From a virus, in the IMG/VR virus record IMGVR_UViG_3300037467_001950: 64,000 nucleotides of DNA. One strand, given 5' to 3'. The notes under the pieces are model-generated. The model was not told the DNA's origin, did not search any database, and saw only the letters and a list, made by a program, of their open reading frames with translations. The stretch's first letter is position 1; every line of letters starts with the position of its first letter. A program made the position numbers and the translations under genes. Of this stretch, positions 8,721 to 16,766 are shown one piece after another.

Positions 8721-8995
8721 CCTTCGAACAAGCTCTCACCGCGTTGAAGGCTGGCCGGCGGGTCACCCGCACCGGCTGGAACGGGCGCGGCATGTGGCTG
8801 GTACTGATCCCCGGCTCCACGTTCACCGTGGAGGCCGAACGCACCCTGGGGCAGGCGTTTCCGGCCCTGGTGGGCTCCACAGTGGTCTACCGGCCCCACA
8901 TCGACATCTACACCGCCGACAACACCGGCGTGCCGTGGCTGGCCAGCCAAACCGATCTGCTGGCCGAGGACTGGACCGAACTCGACGACCTCTGA
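8717..8995 (+). CDS. DUF2829 protein (Tad2-like candidate anti-Thoeris sponge)
   Basis: FEQALTALKAGRRVTRTGWNGRGMWLVLIPG...PWLASQTDLLAEDWTEL matches the DUF2829 pattern (GWNGKGM...W.ASQ.D.LA.DW). Confidence 0.7.
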   Translation: MTFEQALTALKAGRRVTRTGWNGRGMWLVLIPGSTFTVEAERTLGQAFPALVGSTVVYRPHIDIYTADNTGVPWLASQTDLLAEDWTELDDL

Positions 8996-9009
8996 AAGCG
9001 AGACCCGCC

Positions 9010-9129
9010 ATGTGGACTTTCCTGCTGCCGTTGATCGCCAACGCCGTATGGGATGCGGTGTCGGCCAACGACTTCGCGCTCGAACGTGGCATCGTGCACC
9101 TGATCGCCACCGGCTCCACGGGCGCGTGA
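9010..9129 (+). CDS. 39-aa membrane peptide, uncertain
   Basis: ATG 9010, MWTFLLPLIANAVWDAV.... Its stop overlaps GTG 9126. Confidence 0.35.
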   Translation: MWTFLLPLIANAVWDAVSANDFALERGIVHLIATGSTGA

Positions 9130-9332
9130 CCGCCCTCGGGCTGACCGTCGCGATCACGGGCGTGATCATCATGGCGGCCGGGGTGTGGGAGACCACCCGC
9201 CAAGCCCTCTCCGACGACCTGACCCACCTGTCGCTGCGCCGCTGGACCGCGGTGTGGCTGCTGGGCATCGCCCCATTCGTGGCCATCGCCGCACCGCTGA
9301 TCTGGCTCGGAGCGTGGACGGTGACCGGATGA
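9126..9332 (+). CDS. membrane protein (2 predicted TM segments)
   Basis: GTG 9126. Hydrophobic stretches LGLTVAITGVIIMAAGVW and WLLGIAPFVAIAAPLIWLGAW. Confidence 0.5.
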   Translation: MTALGLTVAITGVIIMAAGVWETTRQALSDDLTHLSLRRWTAVWLLGIAPFVAIAAPLIWLGAWTVTG

Positions 9333-9679
9333 GCGCCCCGCCGGCGTTACCGCCGATCACCAACCCGCAACCGCTGATCCGGCTGTGGGACGCCGAATGG
9401 AACCTGCGCGGCGTCGTCAACCCCGACGACATCATCCGCGACAACGGCAGCACACCCGGCCGGGTCCGGCTCACCTACCGCGCCGACCATGTCGTGTCCC
9501 AGTGGGTGATCGAAGAGACCAGCGCCCACCGGCCCCCGTTCATGACCGTCGACGAGAACGGCGGCCGTTGGATCGCCCGCCTCGACGGCTGGCAGATGCG
9601 CAAGGCCGGACCCTGCCCGCAGTGCGCGCACTGCCAGCAGACCATGCTCGATACCGATTGGGTGCCGGAGCCGCTATGA
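9329..9679 (+). CDS. stand-alone copy of the N-terminal domain of the minor tail protein at 30089
   Basis: QPLIRLWDAEWNLRGVV...TVDENGGRWIARL aligns with RPLIRLWDGNWNLRGRV...TVDKNGARWGGRM of the 30089 gene. Confidence 0.6.
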   Translation: MSAPPALPPITNPQPLIRLWDAEWNLRGVVNPDDIIRDNGSTPGRVRLTYRADHVVSQWVIEETSAHRPPFMTVDENGGRWIARLDGWQMRKAGPCPQCAHCQQTMLDTDWVPEPL

Positions 9680-9759
9680 CCACCGACCAGATATTGCTAC
9701 TGCTGATCGCCATCTTCACCGGCATCATGGCGGTACGGCCGTTCATCCCGCGCCCGTGA
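9676..9759 (+). CDS. 27-aa membrane peptide, uncertain
   Basis: ATG 9676 (ATGA overlap), MTTDQILLLLIAIFTGIMAVRPFIPRP. Confidence 0.3.
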   Translation: MTTDQILLLLIAIFTGIMAVRPFIPRP

Positions 9760-9923
9760 GCGGCAACTACGAGCTCACCGACTACCTCGAGGCCACCCGC
9801 GCACACCTCGACGTCATCCGCCACACCAACCCGAGCAACGAGTACGCGATCGAGCAGCTGTATCTGGCGACACGGGCGCTGTTCAACGCCGTGGAGATGA
9901 TGAACGGCAGTGGCGATGGGTAG
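9756..9923 (+). CDS. hypothetical protein (55 aa)
   Basis: GTG 9756 (GTGA overlap) with high GC3. It was not in the ORF track because it falls below the size cut-off. Confidence 0.4.
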   Translation: MSGNYELTDYLEATRAHLDVIRHTNPSNEYAIEQLYLATRALFNAVEMMNGSGDG

Positions 9924-9929
9924 TGAAAA

Positions 9930-9974
9930 GGCCCGTTACACCCAATCTCTTTGGCCGGAGCGCGGTAACGGGCC
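9930..9974. terminator. stem-loop between convergent genes
   Basis: GGCCCGTTAC ... GTAACGGGCC with a 25-nt loop, followed by CTGTTT. Confidence 0.4.
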
Positions 9975-10127
9975 CTGTTTCAACAGACGCGCGAGTACGA
10001 ATCGCGACGTCCGAACGGTACCAGATGCGACACAGGGATCGGAGCCGGTGATGAGTAGCAGTGTGCTGTTCCCGTGGATGTGCGCGCAGCTGATCAACCG
10101 GCTGCTGCACCCGTGGTTCCCGCGCGA

Positions 10128-10634
10128 CTACTGATTCTCGGCCGGCGGTTCGCCCATCACGGCCTCCACTTCGGCGACGAGTTCGGCGAGTTCGGCGCGG
10201 GCGATCGGGTTTTCCTTGACGAGGGCCCTCAGCTGTTGGAACTGCTCCCACCGGCGGGCAGTCGTCTCCGGGTCTTCCGGTGTCTGCGGCGGTGGGCGCA
10301 GCAGGTCCCGCACTTCTGCTTTGATGGCGTCTATATCGAGGTCTATGGCGTCTATATCGGGGTCGTCACTGGCGCTCTCGCTGCCGCCGAGTAGCTGTTC
10401 GGGCGAGGTGAACGCCCTGGCGAAATACTCCATGTCGGGGTTGCCCTTGGCCGCGCCCTCCTGGATCACGCCGAACACGCGCTGACGCTCGATGGTCAAC
10501 GCCTGGTGGCAATCCTCGGGGTCGACGCAATGCCGCTCGCCTTCACCGCCGAAGAAACACAGCGCCCCGATCCGTGTGCCTTCCGGCCCGTATGCCTCGC
10601 AGTCCCACATGCGCGTCAGTGTAGGCGGGCCCAC
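10128..10634 (-). CDS. hypothetical acidic protein (reverse-oriented insert)
   Basis: 168-aa reverse ORF with good GC3. The start is either GTG 10634 or ATG 10610. Confidence 0.55.
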   Translation of the reverse strand: MGPPTLTRMWDCEAYGPEGTRIGALCFFGGEGERHCVDPEDCHQALTIERQRVFGVIQEGAAKGNPDMEYFARAFTSPEQLLGGSESASDDPDIDAIDLDIDAIKAEVRDLLRPPPQTPEDPETTARRWEQFQQLRALVKENPIARAELAELVAEVEAVMGEPPAENQ

Positions 10635-10748
10635 CGACTCCCAGTAGCGGCCACTGGGTTACCAACGGCCGCAACACAATTGCATAGCGCCGGCCGAGGA
10701 GGCGCGCCCTCGGCCGGGCACCGGACACGAACGAAAGGGCTTCGCCGA

Positions 10749-11009
10749 ATGGCGCTCAACCCCGCCCAGACCGCTGCCGATGAACGCCTCGTCGACGCTA
10801 TCGACCAGCAGCATCGCGCCTATAGCCCCGAAGCCGAAGGGGTGATCACGAAGTACCTCGTGGTGGCGCAGCGGCAGTGGATCGACGAAGACGGCGATTT
10901 CGCCTCCGACGTGTACGCCACCACCGGCGACGACATGAGTTTGGCGGACACGCTCGGGTTGTGCGAGTTCGCGTCCACCCAGTTCAAGCGGATGATCGCC
11001 CAGGAGTGA
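10749..11009 (+). CDS. hypothetical protein
   Basis: ATG 10749 follows AAAGGG. 86 aa. Confidence 0.55.
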   Translation: MALNPAQTAADERLVDAIDQQHRAYSPEAEGVITKYLVVAQRQWIDEDGDFASDVYATTGDDMSLADTLGLCEFASTQFKRMIAQE

Positions 11010-11181
11010 GGACCGTGCTGCGTATCCGGTTCCGTGTGTCCCCGCGTACCCGCATGGCGCGGGCCCTGCTGCGGTGGGCGCTGCGGCTGGATCCGCATGT
11101 GGTCCCGGTCGCGCCGCCGGCGGTGGTGGGGCGCACGAGTTTGCAAGTTCCCTGGGTGCCGTGGGTGCCAGGGTCGGCCAA

Positions 11182-11254
11182 AGCGGAGTAGAGCAGTCGG
11201 TAGCTCGCTGGGCTCATAATCCAGAGGTCGTGGGTTCGACTCCCACCTCCGCTA
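11182..11254 (+). tRNA. tRNA-Met: tRNA-Met (anticodon CAT; could also be an Ile2 type)
   Basis: Hand-folded cloverleaf: acceptor AGCGGAG/CTCCGCT, D arm GAGC-AGTCGGTA-GCTC, anticodon arm CTGGG-CTCATAA-TCCAG, T arm GTGGG-TTCGACT-CCCAC, discriminator A. No CCA is encoded. Confidence 0.9.
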
Positions 11255-11269
11255 CAAACCTGTTGTGCG

Positions 11270-11281
11270 ACAACCGAATAC
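11270..11281 (+). promoter_or_regulatory. start-associated motif copy (ACAACCGAATAC)
   Basis: Immediately followed by the GAGGAG RBS and GTG 11294. Confidence 0.5.
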
Positions 11282-11293
11282 GAGGAGATTGCG

Positions 11294-11578
11294 GTGGCAG
11301 CCAAGAAGGGCATGGGCTCCGGTGGTGGCACCAAGTCCAACCGCACCGCCGGTGGCAACGTCTCGGCCGCAGCGCGGGCGAAGTCCGGATCCGGGAAAGA
11401 CAAGAAGTACCCGCTGCCGGACAAGAAGGCCGCCGTCTCCGCGATCAACCTGCGCAACAACAGCAACAGCATGTCCGGTGACGCCGTGCTCGACAAGGTC
11501 GCCCGCTCGAAGTTCGGCAAAGACCCCCAGGTCAAGGCCAAGATCGCCAAGGCTCGGCAGGCGGACAAGAAGAAGTGA
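11294..11578 (+). CDS. lysine-rich basic protein
   Basis: GTG 11294 follows AGGAGA. 94 aa rich in K, G and S. Confidence 0.55.
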   Translation: MAAKKGMGSGGGTKSNRTAGGNVSAAARAKSGSGKDKKYPLPDKKAAVSAINLRNNSNSMSGDAVLDKVARSKFGKDPQVKAKIAKARQADKKK

Positions 11579-11946
11579 CCCACCATCTGTGGCGCAACCA
11601 TCCCGCGGTGCGTACCGGCGAAGACCTGACCCGCGGTGAACGCGCCGCCGACCTGGCCGTCGCCGGGATGGGGTCGTGGGCGTTTCTGGGCATCCAGACC
11701 GCGATCATCGTCTGCTGGATCGTCGTCAACGTGTGCGCGGTGATACTGCGCTTCGACCCGTACCCGTTCATCCTGCTCAACCTGGCGTTCTCCACCCAGG
11801 CCGCCTACGCCGCGCCGCTGATCCTGCTGGCCCAGCGCCGCCAGGACACCAAGAACGCCGAGGTCGCACTGCACACCCTCGACAACACCACCACCATGCT
11901 GGCGACGCTGGCCAGCATCGAAGGCATCTTGCAGGACGCGATATGA
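11575..11946 (+). CDS. DUF1003 membrane protein
   Basis: GSWAFLGIQTAIIVCWIVVN...DPYPFILLNLAFSTQAAYAAPLILLAQRRQ matches the DUF1003 pattern. GTGA overlap with the upstream gene. Confidence 0.7.
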   Translation: MTHHLWRNHPAVRTGEDLTRGERAADLAVAGMGSWAFLGIQTAIIVCWIVVNVCAVILRFDPYPFILLNLAFSTQAAYAAPLILLAQRRQDTKNAEVALHTLDNTTTMLATLASIEGILQDAI

Positions 11947-12236
11947 GCCTGGCGCAGTGGTCGTGGGTCACCGCCGCCATCTCGATCGCCGGGGCGTGGT
12001 TTTCCTCCCGCTCCCCGCGACGCGGCTGGATGGCCGGAATAGTGGTGCAGCTGGTGTGGATCATCGCCGGCGTCGCCACCGGGCAGCCCGGCACCATCGC
12101 CCTGTCGATCGTGTTCATCGCCCTGGACTGCTACAGCCTGTGGCGTTGGCGCGGCACCGCCTTCACCCCGTCACACCGCCGCCACAACGGCCAACCCCAC
12201 ACCCCGCCCGTCATCGAGCAGGAGGTGGCGCCGTGA
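11943..12236 (+). CDS. small membrane protein (about 3 TM segments)
   Basis: ATG 11943 (ATGA overlap). Trp-rich hydrophobic sequence. Confidence 0.5.
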   Translation: MSLAQWSWVTAAISIAGAWFSSRSPRRGWMAGIVVQLVWIIAGVATGQPGTIALSIVFIALDCYSLWRWRGTAFTPSHRRHNGQPHTPPVIEQEVAP

Positions 12237-12760
12237 AACCCCGCCACGCCGACACCGACCGCATGAACCGGTTGCGCGCCGGGGTGCTGGGCGCCAACGA
12301 CGGCATCGTGTCGGTGTCGGCGCTGATCATCGGCGTGGCCGCCGCCCACACCGGCCGGTCGGTGCTGCTGACCACCGGACTGGCGGGGCTGATGGCGGGC
12401 GCGGTGTCGATGGCGCTGGGCGAATACGTGTCGGTGGCCACCCAACGCGACGCCGAAGCACCCATGGTCGCCGACGGGCGCATGTTCGCCGACGAGGTGG
12501 CCAACCCGTGGACTGCGGCCGCGTCCTCGGCGGTGTCGTTCACCGCCGGCGCGCTGGTGCCGTTGATCGCGATGTTGATCAGCCCCGTCTCCTGGCGGGT
12601 CCCGGTCACCGTCGCCGCCGTCATCGCCGCCCTGATCGCCACCGGCGCCACCGCGGCCCGGCTCGGCGACACCCCCGCGCTTCGGCCCGTGGTGCGCACC
12701 GTGTGCGGCGGCGCGGCCGCGATGGCCATCACCTACCTCGTCGGCTACCTGACGAACTGA
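12233..12760 (+). CDS. VIT1/CCC1-family (iron/manganese transporter-like) membrane protein
   Basis: GVLGANDGIVSVSALIIGV and MALGEYVSVATQRD are VIT-family signature segments. GTGA overlap with the upstream gene. Confidence 0.7.
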   Translation: MKPRHADTDRMNRLRAGVLGANDGIVSVSALIIGVAAAHTGRSVLLTTGLAGLMAGAVSMALGEYVSVATQRDAEAPMVADGRMFADEVANPWTAAASSAVSFTAGALVPLIAMLISPVSWRVPVTVAAVIAALIATGATAARLGDTPALRPVVRTVCGGAAAMAITYLVGYLTN

Positions 12761-12872
12761 AAACGCTTGTCCCCCAACAAGTCCCGAGAGAAAGAAGAAC
12801 ACCGATGATCAGCACCCTTGCTGAACTGTTGACCGCGCTCATTTCCGCTCTGGCGTCGGCTTCGGCGTAGCG

Positions 12873-13382
12873 ATGAGCCTGCTCGCCCTCTACCGGGTCG
12901 GCCGCGCCCATCACGAGCAGACCAGCGCCGCGGTCGCCCCCTATTTCATCCTCGAAACCTTGGAGTCCATTGTGACCGTGCTCGACGACATCACCTCCCT
13001 GCACAACCAGCTGCAGGCCGACGCCGCCACCATCGCCAAGGGCGTAGCCGACATCAAGGCACAGGTGTCCGCGCTGATCGCCGCCCAGGCCGCCAACCCG
13101 GAGGACTCGGCCGCTGTCGCTGCCGCGCTGGCCCAGCTCGAGACCGACGTGGCCAGCGTGCACGAGGTGGCGCAGGGCTTCGCCGCCCCGACCGACTCGA
13201 CCCCGGCCACCGACGCCCCTGCTTCGGACGCTCCGGCCGCCGACGCCCCGGCTTCGGACGCTCCGGCCCCGGCCGAGGATGCTCCGGCGCCGGCCGACGA
13301 GTCCGCCGCCCCGACGGGCAACCTGTCGGCTGATGTCGCCACCGGCGACGCCCCGGCCGCCGACGCGACCCCGAGTGCCTGA
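12873..13382 (+). CDS. hypothetical protein with a coiled-coil region and a DAPA(S/A) repeat tail
   Basis: 169-aa ORF. An alternative start is GTG 12972 after GGAG. The C-terminus reads DAPASDAPAADAPASDAPAPAEDAPAPADE. Confidence 0.5.
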   Translation: MSLLALYRVGRAHHEQTSAAVAPYFILETLESIVTVLDDITSLHNQLQADAATIAKGVADIKAQVSALIAAQAANPEDSAAVAAALAQLETDVASVHEVAQGFAAPTDSTPATDAPASDAPAADAPASDAPAPAEDAPAPADESAAPTGNLSADVATGDAPAADATPSA

Positions 13383-13416
13383 GACCGCCACCAGCGTCGG
13401 TGGTCAGCGCCAAGCG

Positions 13417-13881
13417 GTGCTGACCCCGGCGCAGCTGGCGCGTGAGGCGGCGTGGCAGGTCCGCTACCGGCTGTCGTGCCCGCCGCTGAACGTCGGCCGC
13501 GACGACGAACACGCCCTCGATGACACCATCAACGTCACCGATCCGCGCACCGGTGCCGTGGTGTCGCTGCACCTGAACCGGTGCGCCGACGTGTCGTTCC
13601 TGGTGTCCGCCGACGACTTGTGCCAGTCGGTGTCCGAGTTCGCCCACGAGTTCCTTGAACCGGCCGCGACCGCGCTGGTGCAGCAGATCGACCGCCAGGT
13701 CGCCGACGTCGGCCCCATGGCGCGACCGGTGTTCGCGCGGCTGCATCCTCCGCGCGGCGAGTTCGCGGCCGTCGAGGTCGTCGACGGTCTCGCGGTGCGG
13801 GTGGTGCAGGCCTACGACATCCAATGGCGGTCGATGGTGATTTCCGTCGACGCCCTGTACGGGATCATCGCCAAACCGTAA
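13417..13881 (+). CDS. truncated paralog of the major capsid protein
   Basis: It aligns with the N- and C-terminal thirds of the 17688 capsid: VLTPAQLAREAA / FLTPELIAQRAL; ADVSFLVSADDL..FLEPAATALVQQIDRQV / ADVSFAVTTEQL..LLTPACMALAEKVDQDI; GLAVRVVQAYDIQWRSMVISVDALYGI / GLSIRVAYAYDINHKKFICSLDTLYGV. The start is uncertain (GTG 13375 is an alternative). Confidence 0.6.
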   Translation: MLTPAQLAREAAWQVRYRLSCPPLNVGRDDEHALDDTINVTDPRTGAVVSLHLNRCADVSFLVSADDLCQSVSEFAHEFLEPAATALVQQIDRQVADVGPMARPVFARLHPPRGEFAAVEVVDGLAVRVVQAYDIQWRSMVISVDALYGIIAKP

Positions 13882-13892
13882 ACCATTGCGAC

Positions 13893-13904
13893 ACAACTGA
13901 ATAA
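13893..13904 (+). promoter_or_regulatory. start-associated motif copy (ACAACTGAATAA)
   Basis: Followed by the GAGGGGAG RBS and the portal ATG 13920. Confidence 0.5.
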
Positions 13905-13919
13905 CGAGGGGAGCTGTCC

Positions 13920-15629
13920 ATGCTCGCGCCCAGTGCGAACCTGGCTCTGGTCCCCTCGTTCGGTTTGGCGTCGGTACAGACCGAGCAGCTGCCCGTGGAG
14001 GGCCTGCCGATCGTCGGCGCGTCCTGGCCGCCGAAGCCGTTCGACGTGTCCCAGAAGCAATTCCACATCTGGGACAGCTGGTACGCCGGCGACGTCGCCG
14101 AACTGCAGAACATCTACATCCAGGAGAATATGGTCCGGCCCACCGCGTGGGCCGGTGGCCTGGTCGGCCGCCTGCAGCGGTTCTTCTGGGGTCGGCCGAA
14201 CCTGCAGAACTTCACCCGCATCCATGTCCCGATTGCGGCGGACCTGGCGCGCACCAGCTCCGATCTGTTGTTCGCCGAGCCGCCGACCACCTACATCGCC
14301 GACGGCGACAACGTCTCCAACCCGACCAAGGCGCAAAAGCGCCTCGACCAACTGCTGGGTGGCGACGACACCTACACCACCCTCGGCGCCGGCGGCGAAC
14401 TCGCCTCCGCGCACGGTGGGGTGTTTCTGCGGCTGTGGTGGGACGAGCAGATCGCCGATCACGTCATGCTCGGCGTCAACTCCGCCGATATGGCGGTGCC
14501 GACGTGGCGCTATGACCAGTTGCAGGCGGTGACGTTCTGGAGCGTGGTGGCCTCGGAGGAGGGCACCTGGATTCGGCACCTGGAACGCCACGAACCGGGG
14601 CGCATCCTGCATGGGCTGTATGAAGGCGACCAAGGCAACCTTGGTCGCCGCATCCCGCTGGAGGCCTCCCCCGACACCGCGTGGGCCGCCGACGTGGTCG
14701 ACTCCGAAGGCGCGATCGCCACCGGGGTGCCGTGGCTGACCGCCGCCTACGTGCCCAATCAGCGGCCCAACCGCAAATGGCGGCGCACACCGGGCCTGGC
14801 GCCGTTCGGCCGGTCGGACTTCGACGGTATCGAAATGCTGTTCGACGCCCTCGACGAAGTCGTGTCCTCCTGGATGAGAGACATCGACCTCGGCAAGGCG
14901 AGGTTGTTCGTCGACGAGTCCCTGTTGACCGATCAGGGCCCGGGACAGGGCGCCACGTTCGACGGTGAGCAGGCGATCTTTACGCCATTGCGCGGGACGA
15001 TCGGGTCGATGGCCACCGGCAACAACTCGGGCCTGTTCGCCAATCAGTTCAACATCCGGTGGCAGGAACACAGCCGCACCGTGTCCGAGATTCTGGACAT
15101 GATCTTGCGTGGGGCTGGTATCTCGCCGGGATCGTTCACCGACTCCAGCCTGTCGCCGGCGGTGACCGCCACCGAGGTCAACTCGCGTGACTCGCTGTCG
15201 GAGCGCACTCGCAGCAAGAAGATGTCGTTGTGGCGCAACGGCGTTGGCGCGCTCGCCCGGACGGCCATGAACATCGACGATCAGGTGTTCGGGTCGGGGT
15301 CGGCGATTTCCGATATCCCGGACATCAACTTCCCGCCTCGTTCGATGCAGGCCCCGCTGGAGATGGCGCAGACGATCGCGGCTCTCATGGCGGCGCAGGC
15401 GATTTCGACGCAGCAGGCTGTGGCCGAGCGGCACCCGGAGTGGACCGCCGCCGAGGTGAACGAGGAAGTGCAGCGTATCCGCGCCGACCTGGCAGCGCTG
15501 ACCGATGCGACTGGAGGTGATTCGACGTTGGCGCCGAACACCGAACCGTTGCAGACCCGCAAATACCGTCCGCCGTCGCCGTTCCCGACCCAGTCGAGCA
15601 TCGGTGACATGGCCAACAGCGGCGGATGA
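13920..15629 (+). CDS. portal protein
   Basis: 569 aa, positioned between the packaging genes and the MuF-like gene. It resembles an SPP1 gp6-type portal. Confidence 0.85.
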   Translation: MLAPSANLALVPSFGLASVQTEQLPVEGLPIVGASWPPKPFDVSQKQFHIWDSWYAGDVAELQNIYIQENMVRPTAWAGGLVGRLQRFFWGRPNLQNFTRIHVPIAADLARTSSDLLFAEPPTTYIADGDNVSNPTKAQKRLDQLLGGDDTYTTLGAGGELASAHGGVFLRLWWDEQIADHVMLGVNSADMAVPTWRYDQLQAVTFWSVVASEEGTWIRHLERHEPGRILHGLYEGDQGNLGRRIPLEASPDTAWAADVVDSEGAIATGVPWLTAAYVPNQRPNRKWRRTPGLAPFGRSDFDGIEMLFDALDEVVSSWMRDIDLGKARLFVDESLLTDQGPGQGATFDGEQAIFTPLRGTIGSMATGNNSGLFANQFNIRWQEHSRTVSEILDMILRGAGISPGSFTDSSLSPAVTATEVNSRDSLSERTRSKKMSLWRNGVGALARTAMNIDDQVFGSGSAISDIPDINFPPRSMQAPLEMAQTIAALMAAQAISTQQAVAERHPEWTAAEVNEEVQRIRADLAALTDATGGDSTLAPNTEPLQTRKYRPPSPFPTQSSIGDMANSGG

Positions 15630-16651
15630 CCGCCCCGGCCCCAGCGCAGCAGCAGCATGACGATGGCGCGGTGGCGGCGAGCGTGGCCGCTGCGCTGGCC
15701 ATGCTGGAGGCGCGGCTGCTGGCCGCGGCCCGCTCGGCGGCGGTGGAGGTGGCGACCGGGACCGCGACCGGGTGGAAAGCGTTGCTGACCACCCAAACCC
15801 GGTCCCGGCTGCTGGTCCGCCAGTTCATGCCGCAGATCGTCGCCGCCGCCCGTGGGCAGGCCGCCGCCGCCGAAGTCGCTGGCCGCAACGACATGCTGGC
15901 GCAGCTGTCGACGCGCGGGGTGCCGGTCGCGGTGCATCCGGCCGCGCGGGCACCGCACCCAACCGACATGGTCGGGTTGCCCGGCGTGGACGCGATCGTG
16001 GCGCGCATGATCACCGACCTGACCCGCGCCGGTGCCCAGGTCACCCGCTCTCAGGACGGGGTGTACCGCAAGCTCGTCGCCGCGGTGATCGAACGCGCGA
16101 TGCCCTCCACCCAAGCCCGGTTGGATGCCGCGCAGCAGGTGCTCGACGACTACGCCGACACCGGCATCATCGCCCTGGTCGACAAGCTGGGCCGGCGCTG
16201 GAACCTGACCACCTACATGTCGATGGTGGCGCGCACCGCCGCCACCCACGCCCGCGCTGCCGCGGCCGCGCAAGCGCTGCTGGCGTCGGGACAGAACGTG
16301 GTGGTGGTGACCACACGGGTGCACTGCTGCGACAAATGCGCGCCGTTCGACGGGCAGCTGCTCGCGATCGGCCCGACCACTACCCCCGTCGCGGCGACCA
16401 TGGCCGAGGCGATCGAGGCCGGTCTGCTGCACCCGAACTGCCGGTGCTCGATCGGGCCGTGGACCCCCGGTGACCCGCTGCCGGACCCGTCGCCCGCCCC
16501 GGACCCTGACGACCTGCTGATGGCTGATGTGGCCGCGCGGGCGCGGGTCGGGATGCGCGCCGCCCACCGCCGCCGCGCGCTGGCGCTGACCCCGCGCGCG
16601 GCAGCGAAAGCGTTGGGCCGCTTGCGGTTCTGGCGTAACCGGCTGCCCTGA
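15626..16651 (+). CDS. MuF-like / SPP1 gp7-like minor capsid protein
   Basis: LVDKLGRRWNLTTYMSMVARTA...CCDKCAPFDGQ...HPNCRCS are motifs typical of the Phage_Mu_F family. Confidence 0.8.
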   Translation: MTAPAPAQQQHDDGAVAASVAAALAMLEARLLAAARSAAVEVATGTATGWKALLTTQTRSRLLVRQFMPQIVAAARGQAAAAEVAGRNDMLAQLSTRGVPVAVHPAARAPHPTDMVGLPGVDAIVARMITDLTRAGAQVTRSQDGVYRKLVAAVIERAMPSTQARLDAAQQVLDDYADTGIIALVDKLGRRWNLTTYMSMVARTAATHARAAAAAQALLASGQNVVVVTTRVHCCDKCAPFDGQLLAIGPTTTPVAATMAEAIEAGLLHPNCRCSIGPWTPGDPLPDPSPAPDPDDLLMADVAARARVGMRAAHRRRALALTPRAAAKALGRLRFWRNRLP

Positions 16652-16766
16652 CACAAGCTTCCCGACGGCCCGATGGCCGCGGGTGTCCGAACCCCTGGTG
16701 CTCGAGGCCCGGGGGTGCCCTTCTCACCATTCACCCGCCAGATGCGGGAGAGAGAAACCATCCCAG

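Noticed and set aside
10324-10362. 13-bp direct repeat GGCGTCTATATCG x2 inside the reverse gene 10128-10634.
   Set aside because: It is explained by a duplicated peptide (IDAIDLDIDAI) in the coding frame. No further copies were seen, so I am not treating it as an iteron.
11015-11191. 58-aa ORF (VLRIRFRVSPRTRMARALLRW...) with a good AGGAG RBS.
   Set aside because: Its last 10 nt overlap the tRNA-Met gene, codon quality decays in the last third, and the product is Arg-rich and low in complexity. The support is insufficient.
12805-12870. 21-aa ORF MISTLAELLTALISALASASA after a purine-rich RBS.
   Set aside because: It is too short to support from sequence alone, and it could equally be untranslated spacer before the 12873 gene.
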